NCBI GenBank assembly: GCA_963821785.1
Contig: CAWGFC010000005.1
Coordinates: 27,065 to 91,064, forward strand
Reading direction: 5' to 3'
DNA from: an uncultured Alphaproteobacteria bacterium
GTDB taxonomy: Bacteria; Pseudomonadota; Alphaproteobacteria; Rhizobiales; Xanthobacteraceae
Length of the DNA stretch: 64,000 nucleotides
The position numbers were made by a program, and so were the translations under genes. Shown here piece after piece: positions 33,858 to 44,092 of the stretch; the stretch's first letter is position 1; each line of letters starts with the position of its first letter. The notes below the pieces were generated by a model, which did not search any database, was not told the origin of the DNA, and saw nothing but the letters and a program-made list of their open reading frames with translations.

Positions 33858-34637
33858 ATGACCGCGCCGGACCCTCTCCTCGTCGAACGCCCGTCGGATG
33901 CTCTCGCCGTGTTGCGGCTCAACCGGCCGCAGGTGCGCAATGCGCTCAATCTCGAGGTGCGCGCGCGGCTCGCCGACGAGGTCACCCGCCATGCTGCCGA
34001 CCCGGCGATCCGCTGCCTGATCATTACCGGCTCGGACACGGTGTTCGCGGCCGGCGCCGACATCAGCCAAATGGCGGAGGCGACCCCGGTCGAGGTGATG
34101 GCGCGCAACCAGCAGAAATACTGGCGCACCATCATGGACTGCCCGAAGCCCGTGATCGCCGCCATCGAAGGCTACGCGCTCGGCGGCGGGCTGGAATTGG
34201 CGCTCTGCGCCGACATCATCGTCGCGGGCGAAAGCGCCCGGCTCGGCCTGCCGGAAGTCAAGCTCGGCATTCTCGCCGGCGGCGGCGGCACGCAGAAGCT
34301 CACGAGGCTCATCGGCAGCAAGCGCGCGATGCTGCTGTTGCTGACCGGCCGTATGTTCGGCGCCGCCGAAGCGCTGGCCATGGGCGTGGTCAGCGACGTA
34401 GCGCCGGCGGGACAATCGCTAGCGCGCGCCATCGAGATCGCGACCGAGATCGCGGCGCAGCCGCCGATCTCCGTCATGCAGATCAAGGAAATCGTCAACG
34501 CCGGGCTGAACGCGCCGCTCGACACCGCGCTGATGCTCGAGCGCAAGGCGCTCTTGTTGCAATTCGCCACGCAGGACCAGAAGGAAGGCATGCGCGCGTT
34601 CCTGGAGAAACGCAAACCGACCTTCGAAGGAAAGTAG
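33858..34637 (+). CDS. Enoyl-CoA hydratase/isomerase
   Basis: FAAGADI, GGGLELAL and PEVKLG motifs. Confidence 0.92.
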   Translation: MTAPDPLLVERPSDALAVLRLNRPQVRNALNLEVRARLADEVTRHAADPAIRCLIITGSDTVFAAGADISQMAEATPVEVMARNQQKYWRTIMDCPKPVIAAIEGYALGGGLELALCADIIVAGESARLGLPEVKLGILAGGGGTQKLTRLIGSKRAMLLLLTGRMFGAAEALAMGVVSDVAPAGQSLARAIEIATEIAAQPPISVMQIKEIVNAGLNAPLDTALMLERKALLLQFATQDQKEGMRAFLEKRKPTFEGK

Positions 34638-34639
34638 CC

Positions 34640-36154
34640 GTGATCCGGGATCTGGAACGCGGCGACCTCACGGTTGCGGTCATCGGCAGCGGCACCATGG
34701 GGCGCGGCATCGCGCAAGTTTGCGCGCAAGCCGGCATGACCACGCTGCTGTTCGATTCGCGCGACGGCGCGGCGCGCGAGGCAGCAGCGGCGATCGACAA
34801 GGCGCTCGATGGTGTGGTCGCCAAAGGCCGCATGACGGCGGACGTCAAGCAGGGCGTGATGGGGCGCTTGCGGGCGGTCGGCTCGCTCGACGAGGTGGCG
34901 GCGGCCGGCATCGTTATCGAAGCGATCGTCGAGGACCTCGCGGCCAAGCGCGAACTGTTTCGCGCATTGGAACAGCGCATCGCGCCGGACGCGGTGCTCG
35001 CCACTAACACCTCCTCGCTGTCGGTTACCGAGATCGCCGCCGGCTGCCGCGATCCGGGCCGCGTCGGCGGCCTGCACTTCTTCAATCCGCCGCCGCTGAT
35101 GCGGCTCACCGAGGTGATCGGTGGCTTGCGCAGCGACCCCGCATTGGTACCGGCGCTTACCGGCTTCGTTCGCCGCATCGGCAAGCATCCGGTGGTGGCG
35201 ACCGACACGCCCGGTTTCGTCGTCAATCACGCCGGGCGCGCCTATGGTCCGGACGCGCTGCGCATCGTCGCGCAAGGGATTGCTTCTCCGCGCGAGGTCG
35301 ACCTGCTGATGAAGGAAGCTGCCGGCTTCCGCATGGGCCCGTTCGAATTGCTCGACCTGATCGGCGCCGACGTCACCCATGCGGTGATGGTGAGCATCTA
35401 TGAGCAATATTTCGGCGAGCCGATGTATCAGCCCTCGGCGCATCTGGCCGTGCGGGTGGCCGGCGGCTTGCTCGGCCGCAAGACCAAACAGGGTTTCTAC
35501 AACTACGACGGCCCGCCGCAAGCGAGCGCACCGACAGTCGAGATCGCCGCACAGCCCAAGCCGGCCGCGGCCTGGATCGCCGACGAGGACGGCGGACGCG
35601 AATTGGCCGAATGGCTCAAAGCCGCCGGCATCAAGACGCAAGTCGGCGGCGTACCGGGTGCGGCGTTATGTTTCGTGACGCCGCTCGGCGAGGACGCCAC
35701 CAGCGCCATTGTCCGGCTCAAGCTCGATCCCAAGCGCACGGTCGCGGTCGACATGCTGGGCGGCTTCAAGGGCCGCCGCACGGTGATGAAGACGCCGCTG
35801 ACGGCGCCCGAAACCTTGGGCGCGGCGGTCGCGGCGCTGTCGGAAGGCAGCCCGGTGACCGCGATCAACGACAGTCCTGGCTTCGTGGTGCAGCGGCTCA
35901 TCGCCATGATCGTCAATGTCGGCACGCGCATTGCCGAACTGCGCATCGCTCAGCCTGGCGACATCGATATCGCGGTCGAACTCGGGCTCAATTATCCGAA
36001 GGGTCCGCTGGCGCTTGGCGACACGCTGGGTGCGGCCCGCGTGCTAGCCGTCCTCGACGGCATGCACGCGGTCACGCGCGATCCGAAATATTGCGCGACC
36101 GCCTGGCTGCGCCGGCGCGCGCTGCTCGGCATATCGCTGCTAACACCGGATTGA
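34640..36154 (+). CDS. 3-hydroxyacyl-CoA dehydrogenase (PaaH-like)
   Basis: GSGTMGRGIA, NTSSLS, LHFFNP and GFVVN motifs; duplicated C-terminal domain. Confidence 0.92.
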   Translation: MIRDLERGDLTVAVIGSGTMGRGIAQVCAQAGMTTLLFDSRDGAAREAAAAIDKALDGVVAKGRMTADVKQGVMGRLRAVGSLDEVAAAGIVIEAIVEDLAAKRELFRALEQRIAPDAVLATNTSSLSVTEIAAGCRDPGRVGGLHFFNPPPLMRLTEVIGGLRSDPALVPALTGFVRRIGKHPVVATDTPGFVVNHAGRAYGPDALRIVAQGIASPREVDLLMKEAAGFRMGPFELLDLIGADVTHAVMVSIYEQYFGEPMYQPSAHLAVRVAGGLLGRKTKQGFYNYDGPPQASAPTVEIAAQPKPAAAWIADEDGGRELAEWLKAAGIKTQVGGVPGAALCFVTPLGEDATSAIVRLKLDPKRTVAVDMLGGFKGRRTVMKTPLTAPETLGAAVAALSEGSPVTAINDSPGFVVQRLIAMIVNVGTRIAELRIAQPGDIDIAVELGLNYPKGPLALGDTLGAARVLAVLDGMHAVTRDPKYCATAWLRRRALLGISLLTPD

Positions 36155-36168
36155 TTGCGGAATTGAGA

Positions 36169-36245
36169 TGGTACAGGCGGGTGGACTTGAACCACCGACC
36201 TCTGGTTCCACAGACCAGCGCTCTAACCAACTGAGCTACGCCTGC
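36169..36245 (-). tRNA. tRNA-His(GUG)
   Basis: GCAGGCG...CTGGT-CTGTGGA-ACCAG...GTTCAAGTC...CGCCTGT-A-CCA cloverleaf with encoded CCA. Confidence 0.97.
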
Positions 36246-36399
36246 ACAAGCTCGCCATCATGGGTGCGAGCGGCCGGAACCTAGGTTCAGGGCGCCATTT
36301 TGGCAAGCGGCTTTGGCCGGGGTATCCGTTAACGCAAAAGCCCAGGCGTTTGCACGCCCGGGCTTTCAATCCGGTCATTTGCGCGACGGATATGGACCG

Positions 36400-36939
36400 T
36401 TACGCTGCCTTGCTGACGGCGCTCGTGAAGCTTTCCTTGATCGGCTCGATCGTCTCGGTCGCAACCTTCTTGGCGTGATCGGCAAGCTCCTTGGCCTGCG
36501 CGCTCACGGTGTCGAACTGGGTGCGCACGTAGGTCGAGTAGAGCTCGACGACTTCGGCCGCCGACTTAGCCGACAGCACTTCGCCGAACAGATCGAAAGC
36601 GGCGTTGCTGTTGGCGCGGGCGGTTTCGATCAGCTTGAGGCCGTAGTCCGAGCAACCCTTGGAGGCTGTGGCATAGGTGTCCTCAAGCATTTCCGTCGCG
36701 TCCTCGGCGGCGGTCTTCATCTTCTCGTAGCCCTCTTTCGCCTGCGCGACGCCCTTCTCGGCCATTTCGCGGAAGGCGGCGGGGACTTCCATGTTCGGCA
36801 TGTCGAACTTCGGCATTTCGAACTTGGGCATTTCGAACTTCGGCATCTCAAATTTCGGCATCTCGAAGACGGACGCAGTAGTGGCAACCGGCTTCGACTT
36901 GGCTTTCGGCGTGACAGCCGCGGTCTGGGGTTCGGCCAT
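36400..36939 (-). CDS. Phasin (PHA granule protein)
   Basis: EVPAAFREMAEKGVAQAKEGYEK...EQA-like C-terminus; FEMPK repeats. Confidence 0.92.
   Translation of the reverse strand: MAEPQTAAVTPKAKSKPVATTASVFEMPKFEMPKFEMPKFEMPKFDMPNMEVPAAFREMAEKGVAQAKEGYEKMKTAAEDATEMLEDTYATASKGCSDYGLKLIETARANSNAAFDLFGEVLSAKSAAEVVELYSTYVRTQFDTVSAQAKELADHAKKVATETIEPIKESFTSAVSKAA
36793..36867 (-). repeat. 15-bp coding tandem repeat (5 units)
   Basis: FEMPK FEMPK FEMPK FEMPK FDMPN. Confidence 0.9.
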
Positions 36940-37094
36940 GATAAATATCCTTAGATCGGAGGGCTGCTTCCGGCTTAAAAGCGAGCCATCGCCCTCGGGT
37001 AAATCGGCTCGCGCTTTTTTCAGGACCCGCCGCCACATGGGGCGCCAACTGGAGCGTCTGGGCGAGTGCGACAAAACCTATATAACACCATTTT

Positions 37095-37128
37095 TGGTGC
37101 ATTGCAATAAAAATATTGCAATGCACAA
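37095..37128. promoter_or_regulatory. Two inverted PhaR-type boxes
   Basis: Perfect inverted repeat tgcattgcaata-aaaa-tattgcaatgca; each arm fits TGCRNYGCASMA; upstream of the phasin gene. Confidence 0.7.
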
Positions 37129-37202
37129 AACTGTCATAAATTCAGTCGCGTAGGCCACTGCCTGCGCCAAATTGCATCCAATCCCAGCCCTGACGGGTGA
37201 CT

Positions 37203-37571
37203 TTAGTGCTGGCCAGCCAGCTTGGTCACCTGCTTGCTCAATTCCTTGGCCTGATCGGTGAGCGCCGCAATCTGGCTCTTCACATAATCGGAATGCAGCG
37301 CCGTGAGTTCCTGGGCGTCTTTGGCGTGCACCAGTTTCTCGGCGAATTCGAACGACGAGGTTACGTTGCGCTGGGTAAACTCAATCGCCAATTCGCCGAT
37401 CTCCTTGGCGCCGGTGCGCGCGGTCGTCGCCTGAGTCTCGGCGGTATTGACCGCGTGCTGCGCGGCAGAGATGAAGCTGTCGAAGGCCTGCTTGGCCTGC
37501 TCCACGCTCTTCTCGGCGAATGCACGCATTTCAGCCGGAATCTCGAAATTCCCATTGCCATTGTTCGCCAT
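37203..37571 (-). CDS. Phasin (second paralog)
   Basis: FEIPAEMRAFAEKSVEQAKQAFD...LTDQAKEL. Confidence 0.92.
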   Translation of the reverse strand: MANNGNGNFEIPAEMRAFAEKSVEQAKQAFDSFISAAQHAVNTAETQATTARTGAKEIGELAIEFTQRNVTSSFEFAEKLVHAKDAQELTALHSDYVKSQIAALTDQAKELSKQVTKLAGQH

Positions 37572-37737
37572 GACATTCTCCTGCCTTGGGGGCCCCGGCA
37601 GTTTACCGCCGGCCTTAACCTTGTATCTAGGGCGAGGAACGGCTCGCGCCAGTGCCGCATCCGTGCCGTTAAGGTTATATCCGCGTGGCCGTGGGGAACA
37701 GCCGCCGCATCGTGGACGCCTCGCCAAACCAGCCGTA

Positions 37738-37752
37738 TTAAGGGTTCATTAG
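37738..37752 (+). promoter_or_regulatory. Degenerate CtrA box upstream of the PdhS-like kinase
   Basis: TTAA-gggttca-TTAG (one mismatch). Confidence 0.4.
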
Positions 37753-37774
37753 CCGTAACTTTTGTGACCGCGCA

Positions 37775-40588
37775 ATGAATGGGCTTGAGTTCCAGTTTGC
37801 CTTCCTGAGCGATCAGCGGCTCGCGGCCCACGCCTTGAGCCCGGCGCCGGTATGGCTCTGGAGCACGGACGCGACGCAGGTGCTGTGGGCCAATCCGGTG
37901 GCGGCCGCGATCTTCGATGTCGCCTCGTCGGGCGCGCTTGCCGCCATCCGCTTCGAACCCAAGCACGCGGCGGCCGCACAGGTCGCACGCATGGCCGGCA
38001 CCTTGCCGCAGGGTGGGGCGCCGCGGCTCGAACGTTTGCGCGGATTCGGCGCCGGCTACGGTACCAGGCTGGTTTGTCTTTGCTCGCGCATCGCGCTCGC
38101 CGACGATAGTTCCGCCGTGCTGGTGGTTGCGACCGAGCGCGCCGGCCAAGACCTCGCTTTGCCGGACCGCGCGCAGCGGCTGCTTGCGGATCTCGACCGG
38201 CCGGCGGCGGTGTTTACCGCCGATGGCGAACTGATCGAAGCCATGCCGGCGGCGCGCGAACGCTTCGGCGACAAGCGCGACCTGGTCGCGCTCGGCGCCG
38301 AGCAACTCGCTCGCGAAGCGTCGCTCAACGGCCGCGCCGACGGCGACATCGCAGCCTGGCCGGCCACCATCCTGCGCCTCGGCGCCGGCGCGACGATGAC
38401 GCTGCTCGTCGCGTTCGCGGCATCCGAGACCGCCGCCCGCGCGACGGCGCAGACAGCGCCCACCGTTCCTAACCTAGCTGCGGCGGAAGCGTTGCGGCGG
38501 CGTTTTCCGTTCCGCTTCGTCTGGCAGACCGATGCCGACAATCGTTTTACCCTCGGCACGGAAGAGTTCATCAAAGTGCTCGGCCCGAAGACCGCCGCCG
38601 TGCTCGGCCGCCCCTGGGCGGACATCGCCGCCGCGCTCAAGCTCGATCCGCAAGGCGCCGTAGCGAATGCGCTTGCCGCGCGCAGCACCTGGAGCGGCAT
38701 CGTCGTGCCCTGGCCGGTCGACGATGCGGACCAGACTTTGCCAATCGAAATGTCGGGCCTGCCGACATTCGATCGCGACCGCCAGTTTGCGGGTTATCGC
38801 GGCTTCGGTATCTGCCGCGACGCCGAACGTCTTGCCGCGCTGGAACAGCGCCGGGCGCAGGCCGAAGCCGCGCCGGCCGCGGTCAAAGAGCAAACGCCGG
38901 CCGACAATGTGTTGGCATTCCCGGCGCGAGCCGAAGAGCCGCCGGCCCTCAGTTCCGGCGAGCGCAGCGCCTTTGAGGAACTCGCGCGCGAGCTCAGCGC
39001 CCGGCTCAAGGGCAGCGCGGGCAAGAGCGCGGCCGCGCCGGCCGATCTACCGCGCGAGCCCGCTGCAGCGCTGCCGCCGGTCGGCTCGCCGCCACGCGCA
39101 CGCAACGGCGATGCCGCCCGCGATCTCCATGAGGGGCGGCCCATTTTCGACCGACTCCCGGTTGGCATCCTGGTCTATCGGCTCAACACGCTAATCTACG
39201 CTAACCGCGCCTTCCTCGACTGGACTGGTTATCCCGCGCTCGAGGCGCTGACCGAGGCCGGCGGTCTCGACAGCCTGTTCATCGATACGAAGGCCGAGCC
39301 GGCTAGCGGCGACGCCAAAAACGGCGGCAAGACGCTCACCATCACCACCGTCAACGGCCATCAGAAGCCGGTGGAAGGCCGCCTGTTCAGCGTACCCTGG
39401 AACAACGAGAACGCGATGGTGCTGATGATCAGCACGCAAGGCGTCGCCGAGGACCGCGGCAACACGGCGTCGCTGCACCGGCTGGAAAACGAAAACGACG
39501 AGCTCAAGTCGATCCTCGACACCGCCACCGACGGCGTGCTGGTGCTCGACCGCGCCGGCCGCATCCTCTCGGCTAGCCGCAGCGCCGAGGCGCTGTTCGG
39601 CTACGAGGCGGCCGACTTCGCCACGCTCAGCTTTGGCGATCTGTTCGCACCGGAAAGCCGACGTTCCATGCTCGATTATCTCGAACGGTTGGCGACGGGT
39701 TCAGGCCTGCTCGATACCGGCCGCGAGGCGATCGGACTGGTACGCCAAGGTGGCCTGGTGCCGCTCTACTTCACCATGGGGCGGATCGCCGGCGGCGAGA
39801 AGCTCTGCGCAGTGATGCGCGACGTCACCGCCTGGAAGCGCACCGAAGAAGAACTGATCAATGCCAAGCAGCAGGCCGAGAGGGCCTCAACCGCCAAGTC
39901 GGAATTTCTGGCCAAGATCAGCCACGAGATCCGTACGCCGCTCAACGCCATCATCGGCTTCTCCGAGGTAATGATGGACGAACGCTTCGGGCCGGTCGGC
40001 AACGAGCGTTACCGGCAATATCTCAGGGACATCCACAGCTCCGGCGGCCACCTGATCTCGCTGCTCAACGACCTGCTCGACCTGTCGAAGATCGAAGCCG
40101 GCAAGCTCGAACTCAGTTTTGTGACCGTCAATCTGAACGACTTGGTGCAGCAGTGCGTCGCCATCATGCAGCAGCAGGCTAATCGCGAACACGTCATCAT
40201 CCGTACCTCGCTGCCGGCGAGCCTGCCGCAGATCGTCGCGGATCCGCGTTCGGTGCGGCAGATTGCGCTCAACTTGTTGTCGAATTCGATCAAGTTCACC
40301 GGCGCCGGCGGCCAGGTGATCGTCGCCACCGCCTTGAACGACGACCACGAGATCGTGCTGCGGGTACGCGACACTGGCCCCGGCATGAACGAGAAGGAAT
40401 TGCAGACCGCGCTCGAGCCGTTCCGCCAACTGGCGACCGCGGGCCGCGCCGGCGGCAGCGGGCTCGGCTTGCCGATCAGCAAGGCGCTCGCCGAGGCCAA
40501 TCATGCGCGGTTCCACATCACCAGCGAAGTCGACAGCGGCACCCTGGTGGAGGTGGCGTTCCCGGCCACGCGGGTTCTGGCGAAATAG
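37775..40588 (+). CDS. PAS-domain histidine kinase, PdhS/DivJ/PleC family
   Basis: Several PAS segments; SHEIRTPLNAIIGF H-box; NLLSNSIKF, DTGPGM and GSGLGL boxes. Confidence 0.9.
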   Translation: MNGLEFQFAFLSDQRLAAHALSPAPVWLWSTDATQVLWANPVAAAIFDVASSGALAAIRFEPKHAAAAQVARMAGTLPQGGAPRLERLRGFGAGYGTRLVCLCSRIALADDSSAVLVVATERAGQDLALPDRAQRLLADLDRPAAVFTADGELIEAMPAARERFGDKRDLVALGAEQLAREASLNGRADGDIAAWPATILRLGAGATMTLLVAFAASETAARATAQTAPTVPNLAAAEALRRRFPFRFVWQTDADNRFTLGTEEFIKVLGPKTAAVLGRPWADIAAALKLDPQGAVANALAARSTWSGIVVPWPVDDADQTLPIEMSGLPTFDRDRQFAGYRGFGICRDAERLAALEQRRAQAEAAPAAVKEQTPADNVLAFPARAEEPPALSSGERSAFEELARELSARLKGSAGKSAAAPADLPREPAAALPPVGSPPRARNGDAARDLHEGRPIFDRLPVGILVYRLNTLIYANRAFLDWTGYPALEALTEAGGLDSLFIDTKAEPASGDAKNGGKTLTITTVNGHQKPVEGRLFSVPWNNENAMVLMISTQGVAEDRGNTASLHRLENENDELKSILDTATDGVLVLDRAGRILSASRSAEALFGYEAADFATLSFGDLFAPESRRSMLDYLERLATGSGLLDTGREAIGLVRQGGLVPLYFTMGRIAGGEKLCAVMRDVTAWKRTEEELINAKQQAERASTAKSEFLAKISHEIRTPLNAIIGFSEVMMDERFGPVGNERYRQYLRDIHSSGGHLISLLNDLLDLSKIEAGKLELSFVTVNLNDLVQQCVAIMQQQANREHVIIRTSLPASLPQIVADPRSVRQIALNLLSNSIKFTGAGGQVIVATALNDDHEIVLRVRDTGPGMNEKELQTALEPFRQLATAGRAGGSGLGLPISKALAEANHARFHITSEVDSGTLVEVAFPATRVLAK

Positions 40589-40653
40589 CCGCGAGGCTTT
40601 CCGACCCGATACGCAAAGCCTGCGAAATCGGCTAGCATCCCTCGGCCTTGGGG

Positions 40654-41397
40654 ATGAGGCGTGTCATGGCGCGTCGGCGGTGGTCTACGTTAGCGCTGTT
40701 TTGCCTGCTGCTTTACGGACAGTTCCCGGCCGCGCAGGCAACCGAGCCCGTCGATCTGCTGCTGGTGCTGGCGGCCGACGTCTCGCGCAGCGTCGATGCC
40801 CAGAAATTCCAGTTGCAGCGTGACGGCTATTCCGCGGCGATCGCCAATCCCCGCGTGCTCGACGCCATCGCCTCGGGCCGCAATGGCCGCATCGCGGTTC
40901 TGTTCGCGGAATGGTCGGGCCTCGGTAATCAGAAAGTCGTGATCGACTGGACGGTAATTGACGGACCGAAAGCCGCGCAGGCCTTCGGCGACCGGCTATT
41001 GGAATCGCCGCGCTCGTTCGCCGACCGCACCTCGATCAGCGGCGGCATCGACTTCGTGGTCGCGCAGTTTGCGCGCGCGCCGTTTGCATCCGCCCGCCGC
41101 ACCATCGACGTCTCCGGCGATGGCACCAACAATGCCGGCCGCGATGTCGGCGTGGCGCGTGACGAGGCCTTGGCGCGCGGCATCACCATCAACGGCCTGG
41201 TGATCCTGAGCGCCACGCCGTTGCCGTGGAACCCCGAGCACACCAATCCGCCCGGCGGCCTGGCGCATTACTATCGCGAAAACGTCGTTGGCGGGCCCGG
41301 CGCCTTCGTGCTGGAGGCAAAGGATTTCAGTTCGTTCGGCCAGGCTATCATCAAGAAGCTGGTTGCCGAAATCGCCGACGCAACACCGGCGCGCTAG
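40654..41397 (+). CDS. DUF1194 domain (vWA-like) secreted protein
   Basis: LLLVLAADVSRSVD, TIDVSGDG and GGPGAFV motifs. Confidence 0.85.
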   Translation: MRRVMARRRWSTLALFCLLLYGQFPAAQATEPVDLLLVLAADVSRSVDAQKFQLQRDGYSAAIANPRVLDAIASGRNGRIAVLFAEWSGLGNQKVVIDWTVIDGPKAAQAFGDRLLESPRSFADRTSISGGIDFVVAQFARAPFASARRTIDVSGDGTNNAGRDVGVARDEALARGITINGLVILSATPLPWNPEHTNPPGGLAHYYRENVVGGPGAFVLEAKDFSSFGQAIIKKLVAEIADATPAR

Positions 41398-41525
41398 ATC
41401 GCAAGGGCATCATGCACTCACCCCCGGCCATGAAAGGGTCACAGAGGCCGAGCACGGTTGGTGACGGCGCGACCGGTGGTATAGTCCGCCGGAATCCGAC
41501 GTCCAAACAACCGGAAATTCTCGCT

Positions 41526-43463
41526 TTGACTGCCGCCATCGGCTTAAAACGCATGGGATATGCCTTGCTGGCCGTGCTCGCGGTCGGCGTCGGCGTGTAT
41601 GTTGCAGCGGGCTACCTGATCTCGGCCGACGCCGTGCGCCGTCAGGTCTTAAGCGAAATTCGCGCCGTCACCGGCCTGAATCCGATCCTGGGCGGTGCCG
41701 CCACCGTCTCGCTATTTCCTACCGGCAGCGTGAGCTTCGCCGACGTGGTGCTCGGCGACGCCAAGCGGCCGGCGCTCACCGCCGAGCGGCTGACCGCCCG
41801 CCTGCGCTTCTTCCCGCTGCTCAGCGGCCGGGTGGAAATTTCGGACGTAGCCCTCGAACGACCGATCATCGCGATCGACACCGAGCCCAACGGAAAGACC
41901 AACTGGTCCGGCCTGATCGATGCGCTGAGCCGCAGCCAGACCAAGGATGCGCACCGCGTTGCGGCATTCTCCGAGATGCGTATCGACGACGGCACCGTGG
42001 TCGTTCACGACGAGGCGCATAAAGTCGACGAGATGTTGCGCGGCGTGGAATTCTCGCTGGCTTGGCCGGCCATCTCCAAGAGTTTCGGCGCCACCGGCCG
42101 CTTCGTCTGGCATGACGAGCCGCTCGACGTGACCATGACGCTCGCCGATTTTCCGGCCGCCTTGGCCGGAAACCGCAGCGGCCTGAAGCTGCGGATCGCG
42201 GGCCACCCGATCAAGGCGGCCTTCGAAGGCGGCATCAGCGTCCTGCCCACTCTCAAGATCGACGGCACGCTCGCCGCCGATGCCACGTCGATGCGTAGTG
42301 CCTTGGTCTGGGCCGGCCAGAAGCCGCTGCCGGGCGGCGGGTTCGGTCATTTTGCGATTAAGGCGCAAGCCAATGTAATGGGCGGCGCGATCGGGCTCAA
42401 CAACGTCAACGTCGAACTCGACGGCAACACCGCCGAAGGCGTGCTCACCTTCGCCACCGACGGACGCAAAACGCTGGAAGGCACGCTTGCCGCCGATACT
42501 CTCGATCTGACGCCATATGTCTCCACCGTCCGACTGCTCACCGCCAATCAGCACGACTGGAATAGCGGGCGCATCACGCTCGACGGCCTGTCCGGCATGG
42601 ACCTCGACCTGCGCCTGTCGGCGGCGAACGTCACGATGTCCAACGCCAAGCTCGGGCGCACCGCGATCGGCGCCAACCTGCGCGGCGGCCATCTGGTGGT
42701 GACCATCGGCGAAGCACAGGCCTATGGCGGCGTGATCAAGGGCTCGCTGACGCTCGCTAATATCGACGCTGGCGTCGACGTGAAATCACAGTTGCAATTC
42801 AGCGATGTGGATCTGGAAAGCTGCCTCGGCCAGTTGTTCGGGCTGCACCGGCTCGAAGGCAAGGGCAACATCTCTTTCGCGGTCGAAGGCAGCGGCGACA
42901 GCGTGCTCGCGGTGACCCGCACCCTAAATGGCGCCGCCAACCTGATCGGCGAAAAGGGTGCGCTTGCCGGCCTCAATGTCGAGCAATTGCTGCGCCGGCT
43001 GGAACGGCGGCCGCTCTCCGGCGGCGGCGAATTCCGCAGCGGACGGACCCCGTTCGATAAGATCGCGGTGGCGTTGAAAATCACCCAAGGCATGGTCACG
43101 GTCCAGGACGTGAAGATCGATGGCTCGGCGGTGCGCCTGGCGCTCGCCGGCTCGGCCTCGATTCCGGAGCGCGAGCTCGATCTCAAGGGTACGGCCAGCC
43201 TGATGGCCGCCGGTAAGCCTGAAACGGCCGCATTCGAGTTGCCCTTCATCGTGCAGGGTTCCTGGGACGATCCGATGATGCTTCCCGACCCCGAAGCCCT
43301 GATTCGCCGCTCAGGCGCGGCGGCTCCGCTGCTCAACGCCGTGCGCGATCAGCGCGCCCGCGACTCGGCCCGTTCGGTGATCGAGCGGCTCATCGGCGGC
43401 CCTACCCCCGCCATTCCGGCCGCCGAGCAGTCCGCCGCACCGGCGGCCGCGCCAAAGCCCTGA
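41526..43463 (+). CDS. AsmA family protein
   Basis: N-terminal TM anchor, SLFPTG and long beta-taco repeats; start uncertain (41526 TTG or 41553 ATG). Confidence 0.85.
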   Translation: MTAAIGLKRMGYALLAVLAVGVGVYVAAGYLISADAVRRQVLSEIRAVTGLNPILGGAATVSLFPTGSVSFADVVLGDAKRPALTAERLTARLRFFPLLSGRVEISDVALERPIIAIDTEPNGKTNWSGLIDALSRSQTKDAHRVAAFSEMRIDDGTVVVHDEAHKVDEMLRGVEFSLAWPAISKSFGATGRFVWHDEPLDVTMTLADFPAALAGNRSGLKLRIAGHPIKAAFEGGISVLPTLKIDGTLAADATSMRSALVWAGQKPLPGGGFGHFAIKAQANVMGGAIGLNNVNVELDGNTAEGVLTFATDGRKTLEGTLAADTLDLTPYVSTVRLLTANQHDWNSGRITLDGLSGMDLDLRLSAANVTMSNAKLGRTAIGANLRGGHLVVTIGEAQAYGGVIKGSLTLANIDAGVDVKSQLQFSDVDLESCLGQLFGLHRLEGKGNISFAVEGSGDSVLAVTRTLNGAANLIGEKGALAGLNVEQLLRRLERRPLSGGGEFRSGRTPFDKIAVALKITQGMVTVQDVKIDGSAVRLALAGSASIPERELDLKGTASLMAAGKPETAAFELPFIVQGSWDDPMMLPDPEALIRRSGAAAPLLNAVRDQRARDSARSVIERLIGGPTPAIPAAEQSAAPAAAPKP

Positions 43464-43493
43464 TAAACGCCCGGGTCAGGCGCTATTTTTCTT

Positions 43494-43564
43494 GCGCATG
43501 ATCTGGTCCGAAAACCGGTTTGCATCCCGATCAAGTCGAGGACAGGCTTTTCGGGACCATGCGC
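43494..43564. repeat. Rhizobial palindromic intergenic repeat
   Basis: gcgcatgatctggtccgaaaaccgg...cttttcgggaccatgcgc. Confidence 0.7.
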
Positions 43565-43639
43565 GCGGACGGCCATTTGACTATCATTGCATCTGAAACG
43601 AATCACCCGCCGGTCCGCGACCGGCGCGACGGGGCGTGG

Positions 43640-43897
43640 ATGCTGCACCCCTTTCTACGGACTTTGGTCAAGGTCGCCGTCGCCTCGCTGGTGGTGGGAA
43701 CCATTCTCGCCCATTTCGGCATGACCGCCGAGCAATTGATGCACGAATTCGGCCTCTCGGCCGACCGAATTGAGGATTATGCCCAAAAAGGCTTTGCCTG
43801 GGCTTGGCCGAACGTGCTGCTCGGCTCGCTGGTGATCGTGCCGATCTGGTTCCTGGTCTATCTGTTTCGCCCGCCGGGTCGCAGCAGCAGCGACTAG
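43640..43897 (+). CDS. Small membrane protein (DUF6460-like)
   Basis: LVKVAVASLVVG...LLGSLVIVPIWFLVYLFRPP. Confidence 0.7.
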   Translation: MLHPFLRTLVKVAVASLVVGTILAHFGMTAEQLMHEFGLSADRIEDYAQKGFAWAWPNVLLGSLVIVPIWFLVYLFRPPGRSSSD

Positions 43898-43939
43898 CTC
43901 CGGCATGTGATGGCCGGACCGCAATACCGAACTTTCCAG

Positions 43940-44092
43940 CGCATACAGGTTGCCGGGGACACCGCGTTGAATACCGATGAAGCCGTGTCATGGGGTGACC
44001 GACACAACCCGTGTGAGGTGAAGCGGATCAAGCACGAGGAAACATATTCGCCGGATGGCGCTCGCACGAATGGGGCGGAGGAATTTTTTCGG
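43940..44092 (+). mobile_element. IS1595-family transposase remnant
   Basis: GDTALNTDEAVSW...EVKRIKHEETYSPDGARTNGAEEFF resembles the ISXO2-like DDE segment (xDE...NH...TNxAExFF). Confidence 0.7.

Noticed and set aside
36169-36245. tRNA-His as an integration site for the polysaccharide island
   Set aside because: Host-like beta-oxidation genes lie between them; no integrase and no duplicated tRNA 3' end was seen.
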